Positions 1 to 12,300 of a stretch of DNA of 64,000 bases are shown one piece after another. A program made the position numbers and the translations under genes. Each line of letters opens with the position of its first letter. Position 1 is the first letter of the stretch. The notes beneath the pieces were generated by a model. The model was not told the DNA's origin and ran no database searches. It was given only the letters and a program-made list of their open reading frames with translations. The stretch covers positions 1,152,001-1,216,000 of the forward strand of contig CAWCKY010000006.1 of NCBI GenBank assembly GCA_963796275.1, read 5' to 3'. Source of the DNA: an uncultured Acidobacteriota bacterium (GTDB lineage Bacteria > Acidobacteriota > Blastocatellia > RBC074).

Positions 1-1622
1 GCGATTACGAAGAGATGATCGTCGAATCGGAGTTCGAGATCACGCCCGAAGCGATGGAAGACACCGATATGCGCGCCCCGGTGATCACGGTCATGGGACA
101 CGTCGATCACGGCAAGACCAGTCTGCTCGATGCAATTCGTGTGGCGCGGGTTGCCGAAGGCGAAGCGGGAGGAATCACGCAGCACATCGGCGCGTACTCG
201 GTCGAGGTCCCGGACCCCGACAATAAATCGCGTTTGAGGCGCGTTGTCTTCCTTGACACGCCCGGCCACAAGGCCTTCACGATGATGCGCGCCCGCGGCG
301 CCCAGGTCACCGACATCGTCGTGCTAGTCGTCGCCGCCGATGATGGTGTCATGCCGCAGACGATCGAAGCGATCGAGCACGCGAAGGCCGCTGAGGTGCC
401 GATACTCGTCGCGATCAACAAGGTCGACAAGCCTGACGCCAATCCTGATCGCGTCAAGAAAGAGCTGGCTGATCGCGGCCTGTTATGGGACGGGTGGGGC
501 GGCGAGACGACGATGGTCGAGGTTTCGGCGAAGAAGAAACAGAATATCGAGGGCCTGCTCGAGATGATTCTGCTGAGCGCCGATCTGCTCGAACTCAAAG
601 CCAATCCGAGACGTATGGCGACCGGCACCGTGCTCGAGGCGCAACTCGATCGCGGCCGCGGCGCCGTGGCGACGGTTCTCATCCAGAACGGCACGCTACA
701 GATCGGCGAACCGTTTATCGTCGGGAATTTTTTCGGCAAGGTCCGCGCATTGATGAACGAACACGGCGAGCGCGTTCAGACGGCTGGCCCGGCGACGCCC
801 GTCGAGGTTCTGGGTCTGGAGGGAGTGCCGGCAGCGGGCGACCAGTTCCAGGTCGTTGATGACGTATCGAAGGCCCAACATATCTCGCAATTCCGCCAGA
901 CCAAGGCCCGCCAGATGGCGTTGGCGCGCTCGGCGGCACGCGGTCTCGATCAGCTGGCCGCACAGCTCGAATCGGGCGAGGTGAAGGAGCTGCTCGTTAT
1001 TCTCAAAGCCGACGTACAGGGATCGGTCGAGGTGCTCAAAGACACTCTGCTCAAACTATCGACGGAAAAGGTCAAAGTGCGCATCATTCGCTCGGGGGTC
1101 GGGGCCATCACGGAGCATGACGTCCTGCTTGCGAGCGCGTCGAATGCGACTGACACCAGCGCAGCGACGGTCATCATAGGCTTCAATGTGCGGCCGGAGA
1201 CGCGAGCCGATGAGGTCGCTAAACAGGAGAATGTCGACGTCCGCCTTCATTCCATCATCTACAAAGTCGAAGAAGAGATACGCCTTGCGATGCTCGGACT
1301 GCTCGATGCGACGCTCAAGGAGGTTGTCATCGGGAAGGCGGAGATTCGCAATGTAATTCGTGTTCCTAAAGTGGGATCCGTCGCGGGTTCGATGGTCATC
1401 AACGGAATGGTCAAACGTGGCGCGCATGCGCGTCTCATCCGCGACAATGTGGTCATTTTCGAAAGCCATATCGGGAGTTTGCGCCGCTTCAAGGACGATG
1501 TCAGCGAGGTGCAGCAGGGATTCGAGTGCGGAATCACGATCGAACGATTCAACGATTATAAACTCGGCGATGTGATCGAAGCGTACATCATCGAGGAAGT
1601 CGCTCCGACAAAATTGGATTAA
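1..1622 (+). CDS. infB: Translation initiation factor IF-2, 5' part lies off the left edge
   Basis: G-domain motifs GHVDHGKT, GGITQHIGAY, DTPGH, NKVD; C-terminal SLRRFKDDVSEVQQGFECG; frame is open back to the window edge. Confidence 0.98.
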   Translation, partial: DYEEMIVESEFEITPEAMEDTDMRAPVITVMGHVDHGKTSLLDAIRVARVAEGEAGGITQHIGAYSVEVPDPDNKSRLRRVVFLDTPGHKAFTMMRARGAQVTDIVVLVVAADDGVMPQTIEAIEHAKAAEVPILVAINKVDKPDANPDRVKKELADRGLLWDGWGGETTMVEVSAKKKQNIEGLLEMILLSADLLELKANPRRMATGTVLEAQLDRGRGAVATVLIQNGTLQIGEPFIVGNFFGKVRALMNEHGERVQTAGPATPVEVLGLEGVPAAGDQFQVVDDVSKAQHISQFRQTKARQMALARSAARGLDQLAAQLESGEVKELLVILKADVQGSVEVLKDTLLKLSTEKVKVRIIRSGVGAITEHDVLLASASNATDTSAATVIIGFNVRPETRADEVAKQENVDVRLHSIIYKVEEEIRLAMLGLLDATLKEVVIGKAEIRNVIRVPKVGSVAGSMVINGMVKRGAHARLIRDNVVIFESHIGSLRRFKDDVSEVQQGFECGITIERFNDYKLGDVIEAYIIEEVAPTKLD

Positions 1623-1688
1623 TGATTCGCAGATAGTCGGCTATGGCTGGAACTTAACTTCTGCGAACCGGCAATCCGGCAACCGATT

Positions 1689-2042
1689 ATGCAATATCGT
1701 TCCCACAGGCTGGCTGAAGAGTTGAAGAACGAGATCAGTGCGATCATTTCTCAGGAATTACACGATCCGCGCGTCGGGTTCGCTACCGTGACTGAAGTCA
1801 AAGTCAGCCCGGATCTGCGATATGCCCGGGTTCTCATCAGCGTGTTTGGGTCGGCCGAGGAAAAGCAGCAGACGCTCGATGCTCTGACGGGCGCGACCGG
1901 TTTTATCAGGCGTCAGATAGGCGCGCGCATAAGGCTACGTTATACGCCGGAGTTGACCTTCGATTACGATGAGTCTGTCGAACGGGGCGACCGGATGATG
2001 CGGCTCATCGAGGAGGTCAACAAGGATTTAGGGGAAAATTGA
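1689..2042 (+). CDS. rbfA: 30S ribosome-binding factor A
   Basis: DPRVGFATVTEVKVSPDLRYARV and LRYTPELTFDYDES motifs; canonical position after infB. Confidence 0.97.
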   Translation: MQYRSHRLAEELKNEISAIISQELHDPRVGFATVTEVKVSPDLRYARVLISVFGSAEEKQQTLDALTGATGFIRRQIGARIRLRYTPELTFDYDESVERGDRMMRLIEEVNKDLGEN

Positions 2043-2199
2043 TGGTGTATTGCGGGAATTCACCAGAACAATCAATCGTGCGAAATGCAAATGCGGCAGA
2101 GAAATGCGATTTCTCTCTCTCCCCTGACCTCTTGATGTCTATGCCATTTTCGTGATGTTAAATCCCGCATTCCGATATGCATGATCGACGCTCCTGAAT

Positions 2200-3186
2200 A
2201 TGTTGGGACAGGTCATCGAACTTATTGAAAAGCACGGCCGCTTCGCCATCACATCGCATGTCAGGCCCGATGGCGACAGCCTCGGGTCTTCGCTGGCGCT
2301 CTGTTGGATATTGCGCGGGCTGAAAAAAGACGCCGAGGTGATAATGTGCGATCATGTGCCGCATGCCTACTCGAAACTGCCGGGCGCTGAAGACGTCCGC
2401 GTGGTGACTGACATCGACCGTGATTACGATGCGGTCTTCGTCATCGAATGCAGCGACGTCACGCGGCCCGGATTACCGGGATTGAAAGATCAATTCGTAG
2501 TAAACATCGATCATCATTCGACGACCGCCCTTTTCGGCGATATTAACTGGATCGATTCGACGGCCGCTGCGGTCGGCGAGATGATTTACAACCTGGCCAA
2601 AGCCATCGGCGCTAAGATCACATCTGAAATTTCCAGTTGCGTTTACGCCGCCTTGCTGACGGATACCGGATCGTTTCATTTCTCCAACACTACCGAACGC
2701 ACATTTAAAATCGCGAGCGAGCTCGTACGACATGGCGCGCAGCCAGCCAAACTCTCGCAAGCTATCTTCTACAATTATCCTTACACCAAAGTCCGGCTCG
2801 TGGGAGAAGTGCTCTCGACGCTGGAGCGGGATGAATCGGGCCGGATAGCGTGGATCAAGATGACGAAAGATGTCATGGACAGGACCGGCGCGACCGAGGA
2901 CGACTCCGACGGCATCATCAATTATCCGCTCACGGTCGGCGATGTCGAGGCAGTCGCCTTCTTCCGGGAATTGTCCAACTCAACTTACCGCATCAGCCTG
3001 CGTTCCAAGAACCGCGTAAACGTTGCGCGCGTCGCGGAACACTTCGGCGGCGGCGGACACTGCAACGCCGCTGGCTTCACCATCAAGGCCGGATACGACC
3101 AGCTCAGCCGCGAAGTCATAGCAAAGTTGAAAGAGGCGGTGACTAACGCCCCGGCAACAGTCGCGCGCGAAATCAAACCGAGATAA
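2200..3186 (+). CDS. nrnA: DHH/DHHA1 oligoribonuclease / pAp phosphatase NrnA
   Basis: HVRPDGD, NIDHH, TDTGSF and GGGGHCNAAG motifs; typical position after rbfA. Confidence 0.92.
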   Translation: MLGQVIELIEKHGRFAITSHVRPDGDSLGSSLALCWILRGLKKDAEVIMCDHVPHAYSKLPGAEDVRVVTDIDRDYDAVFVIECSDVTRPGLPGLKDQFVVNIDHHSTTALFGDINWIDSTAAAVGEMIYNLAKAIGAKITSEISSCVYAALLTDTGSFHFSNTTERTFKIASELVRHGAQPAKLSQAIFYNYPYTKVRLVGEVLSTLERDESGRIAWIKMTKDVMDRTGATEDDSDGIINYPLTVGDVEAVAFFRELSNSTYRISLRSKNRVNVARVAEHFGGGGHCNAAGFTIKAGYDQLSREVIAKLKEAVTNAPATVAREIKPR

Positions 3187-3190
3187 GGAA

Positions 3191-3250
3191 AGTTTTCAGT
3201 TTTCGGTTTTCAGTTGGAAGGTCTCGATCATCAATTGAAAACTGAAAACT
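3191..3250. repeat. Palindrome of heptamer units (AGTTTTC)n...(GAAAACT)n between convergent genes; possible bidirectional terminator
   Basis: agttttcagttttcggttttcagttg ... caattgaaaactgaaaact read directly. Confidence 0.7.
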
Positions 3251-3268
3251 GGTTACAGGGTCGCCGGA

Positions 3269-3775
3269 TCAGAATCGGAAACTCAACCCAACGCGAAAGC
3301 TCGGGAAATGGTCGGCGCTGGCATAAAACAGCGGAATGTGATCTCGCACCTCAAAACGCGTTCCTACACTATCTTTGAACCAATAAGTTAATCCGCCGCC
3401 AAAATTGCCGCCGAGACCGTTGCAGCCGCCGATAGATGCGTGGCAACCGCCAAATAACGTAACTCCAGCAGTCACAAATGGCACCACTCTTTTTGACTTG
3501 CTCGCGTTCAGGAAGTGATATGACGGATTGACGGATACCAGAAAACCTGAATTACCGAAAACGCCCGGGCCGACAACGCCTATTTCACCGCCAATGCCGA
3601 ATCCCTTAAAAAAGATTCCTTCTCCTCCGATGCCGGTATGCAGACTGACATGCTCTCCATTCTGGCTCACCAAAGGTGATGCGAAAGCATAGCCGTACCC
3701 CCTTCGCTCATTTGGGGATTGCGCAAAAGCTAGAGCTGGCGTTAGAGCAATAAAGATCAGCATCAATTTTATCAT
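3269..3775 (-). CDS. Small outer-membrane beta-barrel protein (paralog 2)
   Basis: Signal peptide ending AFA-Q; Gly/aromatic-rich strands; C-terminal FRVGLSFRF beta-signal; start chosen after AAGGA. Confidence 0.75.
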   Translation of the reverse strand: MIKLMLIFIALTPALAFAQSPNERRGYGYAFASPLVSQNGEHVSLHTGIGGEGIFFKGFGIGGEIGVVGPGVFGNSGFLVSVNPSYHFLNASKSKRVVPFVTAGVTLFGGCHASIGGCNGLGGNFGGGLTYWFKDSVGTRFEVRDHIPLFYASADHFPSFRVGLSFRF

Positions 3776-3910
3776 TGTCATATCCTTTTGGAGAACGAAA
3801 GATGTTTTGCTCATCTCACCGGAGTGCAAAGTTGATGCTTGGGAGAAGCGAGGAAGATTTTATTGTTCCCTTGTCTGCCGTTCTCCTGCTTCTTCCCCCA
3901 GCTCGTTCTG

Positions 3911-4405
3911 CTACCGGAAAGTAAACCCAACACGGAAACTGGGATGATGGCCAAACCCTGAATATATCGGGATCTGATCGCGCAGTTCTATGCGCATACC
4001 TATCCGATCCTTGAACCAATAAGTAATGCCTCCGCCGAAGTTGGCTCCGATAGCGCTCTCGCCGCGAAAGAATAGCGAGAATCCGCCTGTCGCAAACGGC
4101 ACCAGCTTTCTGGACTTGCTCACGTTAATAAAGTGATAAGATGGATTAACGGAGAGCAGACCAAATCCATAATCAGATCTTGACCCGGACGGGCGGACAT
4201 AACCTATTTCACCGCCGACGCCGAATCCACCGCGAATGAATCCTTCGCCCCCGACGCCGGCATGCAGCCCCGTCTCTCCGGCACTCGGACGAACCGTAAG
4301 CCCTGTGAATGCATAGCCGTATCCATTCCTCTCCTTTTGTGCGGGCGCTTGCGCGTAGGATAAAACAGGCATCAGAACAACAAACACAACAATCAGTTTT
4401 TTCAT
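3911..4405 (-). CDS. Small outer-membrane beta-barrel protein (paralog 1)
   Basis: MKKLIVV signal peptide, GGAGGT RBS, C-terminal FRVGFTFR; shares blocks such as GYGYAF, SVNPSYHF and NFGGG with the neighbour. Confidence 0.78.
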   Translation of the reverse strand: MKKLIVVFVVLMPVLSYAQAPAQKERNGYGYAFTGLTVRPSAGETGLHAGVGGEGFIRGGFGVGGEIGYVRPSGSRSDYGFGLLSVNPSYHFINVSKSRKLVPFATGGFSLFFRGESAIGANFGGGITYWFKDRIGMRIELRDQIPIYSGFGHHPSFRVGFTFR

Positions 4406-4473
4406 AATCACCTCCATCAGATCGTATTAACCATGTTTTTTTATCTCCACCACGTTTTCCGATTTGTTGGCAG

Positions 4474-4489
4474 AGCAATGCTGATGCCA
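4474..4489 (-). promoter_or_regulatory. Putative sigma-54 (-24/-12) promoter for the beta-barrel pair
   Basis: Minus strand reads TGGCAT-CAGCA-TTGCT (consensus TGGCAC-N5-TTGCW), about 70 nt upstream of the ATG at 4405. Confidence 0.65.
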
Positions 4490-4713
4490 TTCAGGTGGGC
4501 GTTATAACAGAAGTGTTTATCATCAAGCTGAAGCGGAATGATGATAGAATTAGGAAAGAATCTCAGCCATTTGTCGGGTTTTTCCGGCAGGATGAAAATT
4601 CAAGCGGCGATTTTGCGTAAGCGCCACGCGGCTTGCCGAAATAAGACCATCAGGTTAGCATGCGGCTGATCTATTCACGCGATAGTCTCTCATCATACAA
4701 ATAGGATCGAAAA

Positions 4714-6012
<1,299 letters not shown>

Positions 6013-6050
6013 TAATAGTTAATCAATTGAATCAAAAAGGAGAAATTGTA

Positions 6051-7409
6051 ATGGCAAGCAAGATCAATCGGCGTGATTTTATTAAGCAGAGCGCCGCCAC
6101 CGGCGCAGGGGCGGGGTTGACGCTGGGAGTGAATGATCACGCGCATGCATCGATCGTTGATTATGACCGCGGCGACACCCCGAACGGGCGCATCAACATC
6201 GGGTTTATCGGAGTCGGCGCTCGCGCGCAGCAGGTTCTGAGCGATGTGCTGGCGACGCCGGGTTTTGAGGTGGTTGCGATTTGCGATGCTTACCAGGGGC
6301 GTATTCAGCGCGCCACCGAGCGCACCAGCGGACGCGCGAAGATCTATAAAGACCATCGTGAGCTGCTCGCCGCGCCGGGCATCGATGCCGTCTATATCGG
6401 CACACCTGACCACCTGCACAAAGCGCATGCCATTGCCGCGCTCGAGGCCGGCAAAGACGTCTATATTGAAAAGCCGTTGACCTTTAAGATCGACGATGGC
6501 CTGGAGATCATTGCTGCCGTGAAGAAGACCGGGCGCATCCTTCAGGTTGGCAGCCAGAACATCAGCTCGCCCGTTCAGATCAAGGCGAGGGAGATAATCA
6601 GTTCGGGCCAGCTCGGGCAAATTACAATGATCCGTTCTACGACCAACCGCAATACTCCGGGAGGCGCGTGGATATATCCGATCCCTCCGGATGCCAACGA
6701 GCAGACGGTAAATTGGCAGATGTTTTCGGGCAATGCGCCGAAACAAGCGTTCAGTCTCGAGCGCTTCTTCCGCTGGAGGTGTTACAAGGACTATTCCGGG
6801 GGGATTGCGACCGACCTTTTCGTTCATACGATGACGACCATCCATTACGTCATGGGCGCACAGGCGCCGGACTGTGTCATAGCCACGGGCGATCTCTATC
6901 GCTGGAAAGATAGCCGCGACGTTCCTGATACGCTCAATGCGCTGATGCAATACCCAGAAGGGTTTACGGTGAACCTGAGCGCGACTTTCAACAACCAGTC
7001 GAGCGAACGGAGCATAGAGATACTGGGAACGAAAGGCACTCTCCTGATCGGGCGCGGTCTGACCTTAATACCTGAGGAGCCGATCGATGACAATGGATGG
7101 ATAGTCGCGTCCTGGTCGCGCGCGCTCGAAGAGGCATACTACAAATCGCCGAAGGTTCGCAACACCGAGGTGTCACAGAGATGGGATCCGAAGGTTGTTC
7201 AAACGGAGGAGACATGGCGGGCTCAGGGGCGCAACTCGACAGCCCTGCACCTCGAGCAATTTCAGAAAGCGATCAAAGAGCGCAAACAGCCGGCAGAAGA
7301 CGTCTTCGCCGGACATCGCGCCGCCGCCGTCGCGCATATGATCAATGCGTCAGCTTACCAGAAGCGGCCGGTTTTTTGGGATCGTTCACGCGATAACGTA
7401 AAGAGTTGA
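6051..7409 (+). CDS. Gfo/Idh/MocA family oxidoreductase with Tat signal
   Basis: NRRDFIK twin-arginine motif, IGFIGVG Rossmann strand, TPDHLH, EKP. Confidence 0.92.
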   Translation: MASKINRRDFIKQSAATGAGAGLTLGVNDHAHASIVDYDRGDTPNGRINIGFIGVGARAQQVLSDVLATPGFEVVAICDAYQGRIQRATERTSGRAKIYKDHRELLAAPGIDAVYIGTPDHLHKAHAIAALEAGKDVYIEKPLTFKIDDGLEIIAAVKKTGRILQVGSQNISSPVQIKAREIISSGQLGQITMIRSTTNRNTPGGAWIYPIPPDANEQTVNWQMFSGNAPKQAFSLERFFRWRCYKDYSGGIATDLFVHTMTTIHYVMGAQAPDCVIATGDLYRWKDSRDVPDTLNALMQYPEGFTVNLSATFNNQSSERSIEILGTKGTLLIGRGLTLIPEEPIDDNGWIVASWSRALEEAYYKSPKVRNTEVSQRWDPKVVQTEETWRAQGRNSTALHLEQFQKAIKERKQPAEDVFAGHRAAAVAHMINASAYQKRPVFWDRSRDNVKS

Positions 7410-7505
7410 GTCAACAAAGAGCGCGAGCGTTAGCGGCGAGGCCGAATAATTTAGTCGCGCGCGCTAACGCTACCTATCTAGCGGTACCTGTTGGGAGGGT
7501 CACTA

Positions 7506-9076
7506 ATGGGTAGATTGATATCTGCCATCGCCATTCTCTTCTCGATCGTCTCTTATCAACCTGTAAATGAGAACAATCTTGATGGATTGAAGCAGGAGGC
7601 CGCCGGTGAGGTGGACAAGATGCAATCCTTCACGCAACAGATGGTTGACCAGATATTCAGTTATAGCGAGCTCGGTTTTCACGAGTATGAGACGACCAAA
7701 TACCTCACGGGCATCCTCGAGAAGAATGGCTTCAAAGTCGATCGCGGTGTAGCCGAAATGCCCACGGCCTGGGTGGCGACTTGGGGAAGCGGCAAGCCCG
7801 TTATCGCTTTCATTACTGACATCGATTGCATCCCCCGAGCTTCACAGAAACCCGGCGTGGCATATCACGATCCCATAGTCGAAGGGGCGCCAGGTCACGG
7901 AGAAGGGCATAACTCAGGGATGTCCGTCAACGTGACTGCGGCGATAGTGCTGAAACGATTGATGGAGAAAAATAGGATATCGGGCACGTTGAAGTTATTT
8001 CCCGGGGTTGCCGAGGAGCTGGTGGGGGCGAAAGCATTCTTCATCCGCGCGGGATTGTTCAAGGATGTCGATATCACTCTCGGTTCGCACGTCGACAGCG
8101 ACTTCACGACTTCGTACGGACAGGGCGAAAGAAACAGCGGGCTTGTTTCGGTTCAGTATCAGTTTAGCGGTAAGGCCGCGCATTCGGCGGGCGCACCGTG
8201 GTCGGGCAGGAGCGCTCTCGATGCCGTCGAGTTGATGAACACAGCCTGGAATTTCAGACGCGAGCATCTGCGTCTACAACAAAGATCGCATTACGTGATA
8301 ACCAACGGCGGCGATCAGCCGAATGTCGTGCCTTCGGAGGCTGCCGTCTGGTATTACTTCCGGGAAATTGACTATCCGAAGATCAAAGAGCTGTACGAAC
8401 TGGGGAGTAAATTCGCACAGGCTGCCACGATGATGACTGAAACGACGGTGACGCAGAGAATCGTCGGATCTGCCTGGCCCTCGCATTTCAACAAGGTGGT
8501 CGCCGAGATACAGCATAAAAATATCGAAAAAGTGGGTATGCCGGAATGGAGCGAGGCGGATCAAACTCTCGCCAAGGCCCTGCAGAAGGAGATCGGGGCA
8601 AAGGTCGATGGTTTGAAGTCGAAGATCAAAGCGCTCGAACCTCCCAAGGATCCTCTCGGTGGCGGCTCGGATGACATCGGCGATATCTCGTGGAATTGCC
8701 CGACCGTCTACCTTCGTTTTCCCGCTAATATTCCGAATCTGCCGGGCATGCCTGGCCGAACGCCGTTGCGATGGCCACGCCGATATCACACAAAGGCGCG
8801 ACCGCCGGAGCAAAGGTCCAGGCGATGACCGCGCTCGATTTTTTGCTCACACCGGAGTCGGTTAAACAGGCGTGGGAATATTTCCATAACGTGCAGACGA
8901 AGGATATCAAGTACCAGCCGTTGATCAATCCGGCGGATAAGCCTGCCATTGATCTGAATAAGGAGAAGATGGAGAAGTTCGCACCTCAAATGAAGAAGTT
9001 TTACTACGATTCGACCAAATACAAGACATATCTCGATCAACTCGGGATTCAGTATCCGACATTACGAAAGGAATAA
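7506..9076 (+). pseudogene. M20 amidohydrolase (AbgB-like) split by a one-base deletion near 8744-8748; possibly a sequencing error
   Basis: ELGFHE, GHGEGHN, AEE, AAHSAGAPWSGRSALDA, GGSDDIGD; adding one base at ccgggcatg restores LPGHAWPNAVAMATP, joining ORFs 7491-8828 and 8771-9076. Confidence 0.85.
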
Positions 9077-9266
9077 GAACAAAAGAGAGTACGACTCCAT
9101 CTCATCGATGACCCCAATATCGTAAATCCGAATTTTTGTATTCATTTTCAAATATTCGTTTCTTATTTTGTTGTCGCCGTCGAATTCATTGGTCCCGCAC
9201 CCTTCAATTTCAAGTATTTACTGAAGATTTCTGTTTTATTCCCATTATCCGGCAGATTATTTTGAA

Positions 9267-9282
9267 TGGAACGCATGTTGCT
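9267..9282 (+). promoter_or_regulatory. Putative sigma-54 promoter for the TonB receptor
   Basis: TGGAAC-GCATG-TTGCT, GG-N10-GC spacing, about 70 nt upstream of ATG 9355 in an AT-rich spacer. Confidence 0.6.
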
Positions 9283-9354
9283 ATATTTATAGACCTAAAT
9301 ATCCCATCGGAAAAAACAGTATTCAAAATTCCCATAGAATCTTGAGGAGGACGT

Positions 9355-12300
9355 ATGAAGAAGGCACTCGGACGAGGCATATTAATTCTCGTAGCACTGA
9401 TAAGTGTGTCCTGGCAGGCGCTCGCACAGACTACGGGAACGATTTCCGGAAGCGTGGCGGACGAGCGTCAGGCGTTGCTGCCGAACGCGACAGTCGTGGC
9501 GCGTAACGTTGAAACGAACACGAGCCGCAGGGCGACGACTGATGGAGAAGGGCGTTATCGCTTTTCGAACCTCCCGGTCGGGAATTACGAAATCACTGTT
9601 GAGGCGCCCGGCTTCGCTAAATATGTGCGTACCGGTATCACTCTGGCACTCAACCAGAACGCCGTCGTCGATATACCGATGAACCCTTCCGCGGTATCAG
9701 AGATCGTTACGGTGACGGAGAACGCTTCACTGCTCAATACCAGTAATTCCGAGGTTGGGGTGCGTTTCGATTCACGCCGCATCTCGGAATTGCCGCTGGC
9801 TACCAATCGAAATATATTCAACGTCGCGCTCTCTGCGGCCGGGGTGAGCCAATTGGCAAGCGGACAGCAAGATTTTGCCAACGGGTTGAGTTTTTCGTCG
9901 AATGGCGGGCGTGTACGATCGAACAACTTCATGGTCGATGGACAGGATATCAACGATCCGAGTGTTGCTGGGAGCCAACAGCCGTTGAACAATCCTGACA
10001 TCGTGCAGGAGGTACGATTGATTACCAACCAGTTTGCCGCTGAATATGGCCGCAATTCGGGTTCGATAGTCAACATTGTGACCAAGAGTGGAACGAATGA
10101 ATACCACGGCAGTCTTTTCTGGTTTCACAACAACAATCGTTTGAATACCTGTAGCAATCTGGATAAGGCCGGGAGCATGGATAGTGGTTATTGTGATCCA
10201 AATGGGATCGGGGCGCGTCAAGGTTCCCCCTATCGTATTGAAAATCAATTTGGTGGGACCTTAGGCGGCCCGATCAAGCTGCCTGGCTTATACGATGGGA
10301 AAGACAAGACCTGGTTTTTCGGATCGCTTCAACGTTGGTCTGATCGGCAGGCCCTCCCGGGCGCCACTCTGAATGGAGCGCCGACTGAGGCAGGGCGTCA
10401 GATTTTACAGGCGGCGGCAGGCGATCGCCCGCAGGTTGCCGCGTTATTGAGGTTCCTTCCTCCTGCGCAAAGCCCAAACGGCAATTCCAGGCCCTTTACG
10501 ATTGGTGGCCAAACCTACTCTGTTCCGCTAGGTGACCTTACTGGCTCGACAGCATTCAAGTTCGATGATTGGCAATGGTCAGGACGCGTTGACCACCAGT
10601 TCAATTCAAATCATCGTCTCGGCGGCCGTTATCTATATGATGATGCTTTGACTTTGGGTGAGGGACAGGTCACCCCTCCAGGCTTGACGACGATAGTGCC
10701 GGCACGTTCACAAGCGGCCAGTGTTTCATTGTCGAGCATTATCGGCAGCCGTCTGGTCAATGACGTGCGGTTATCATGGTCTCGTTTCGGTTCGCGATCG
10801 ACAGCGAGCGATCTTTCATCGCAAGCAATTCCATCGATCGAGATTACCGATCTCGGTCTGACGGGATTCAATGCTGCGGACAGTAGAACAGCAATCGGAT
10901 TGGCAGTTAACCTTCCGCAATTCCGTTTCAACAACACCTATCAAATTCAGGACACTTTGGCCTGGACAAGGGACTCGCACAACCTGAAGTTTGGTGTGAG
11001 TCTGCAGCGAACACAGGTGAGGAGCTTCTTCTTCCCTACGATTCGAGGCCTGTTGCGGTATGACAAGCTTCAGAATTACATTGATGATGTGGCAAACGCG
11101 GCGAATATCAACAAATCATTGCCGGGCGGTTCAGAGGTCCAATACTACAACTATTACGATCACTCATTCTTCGCGCAGGATGAATGGAAGGTTACACCGA
11201 ACTTCACGCTCAACTTCGGATTGCGTTATGAGCTGCCGAATAACTCGGTGGCGAATCTGGTTCCATTCAATGACCAGATCGTTGCGGCGGCCGGTGGTGA
11301 CGAACGATATCGCTTTACGCCCGTGCCGCAAAAGGACACGAACAACTTCCAGCCGCGGTTCGGCTTCAATTGGCGTGTTCTAGGGTTAGGATTCCTGAGC
11401 GGAAAAGAAGGGTTGGTGTTACGCGGCGGTTATGCGCGCACGAATGATTCTTCGTTCATCAACATCAATCTGAATGTTGCCAGCGCATTCCCGTACGTTG
11501 CGGCGATCAGTTTGCAGGCCAATGACCTTCAGGCTGATGGAACACGGAAGATCAATAACGCCTTCACGCGGTTGCCGGGGGCACAGTCTTTCCAAGACCC
11601 TCTGCAATTCACACGCACTATTGTAGGCGATGATTTTCGCTCGCCAAACTACGATCAATTCAGCCTGGAGTTGCAACGAGAATTTGGGCGCGACGTTGTC
11701 ATGCGTGTCGGTTATGTAGGTACCAGAGGCACCGGACTCTTCCAGACTCTGGATGGAAATCCTCGCATCCCCAGTGTCTGTAACCCGACGACGACCTTTA
11801 ATTGCAGAGTCGATCCGGCTCGCGGGGTGATCCGCTTACGCGCCAATGCGGCTTCTTCGATCTATCACTCGTTGCAAGTAAGTATGGACAAGCGCCTGAG
11901 CAGAGGTTTCAGCGCCGGCGTTCATTACACATGGAGCGCGTTCATCGATACCGCATCCGAGGTCTTCAACCCATCGAGCGGTGAAGTTGCCGTTGCGCAG
12001 GATTCATTCAACCTTAGTGCGGACCGTGCTCGTTCGGCATATGACCGTCCACACCGATTTACCGGAAATGTAGTTTATGAATTGCCTTTCTTTCGTGACC
12101 AGAAAGGTACGACAGGCCACTTTTTGGGTGGTTGGCAGTTGAATTCATTCTTCACTATTCAAAGCGGTGCACCGTATACAGTACTCAATGGAGCCGACCC
12201 TGGAAACGCTCTGAGCGGCATAGATAGTCTGGTAGGTATGGCGATCCGTCCTAACCTCAATTCATCACTCGATATCTCGTCAATGACTATTTTGGAATTG

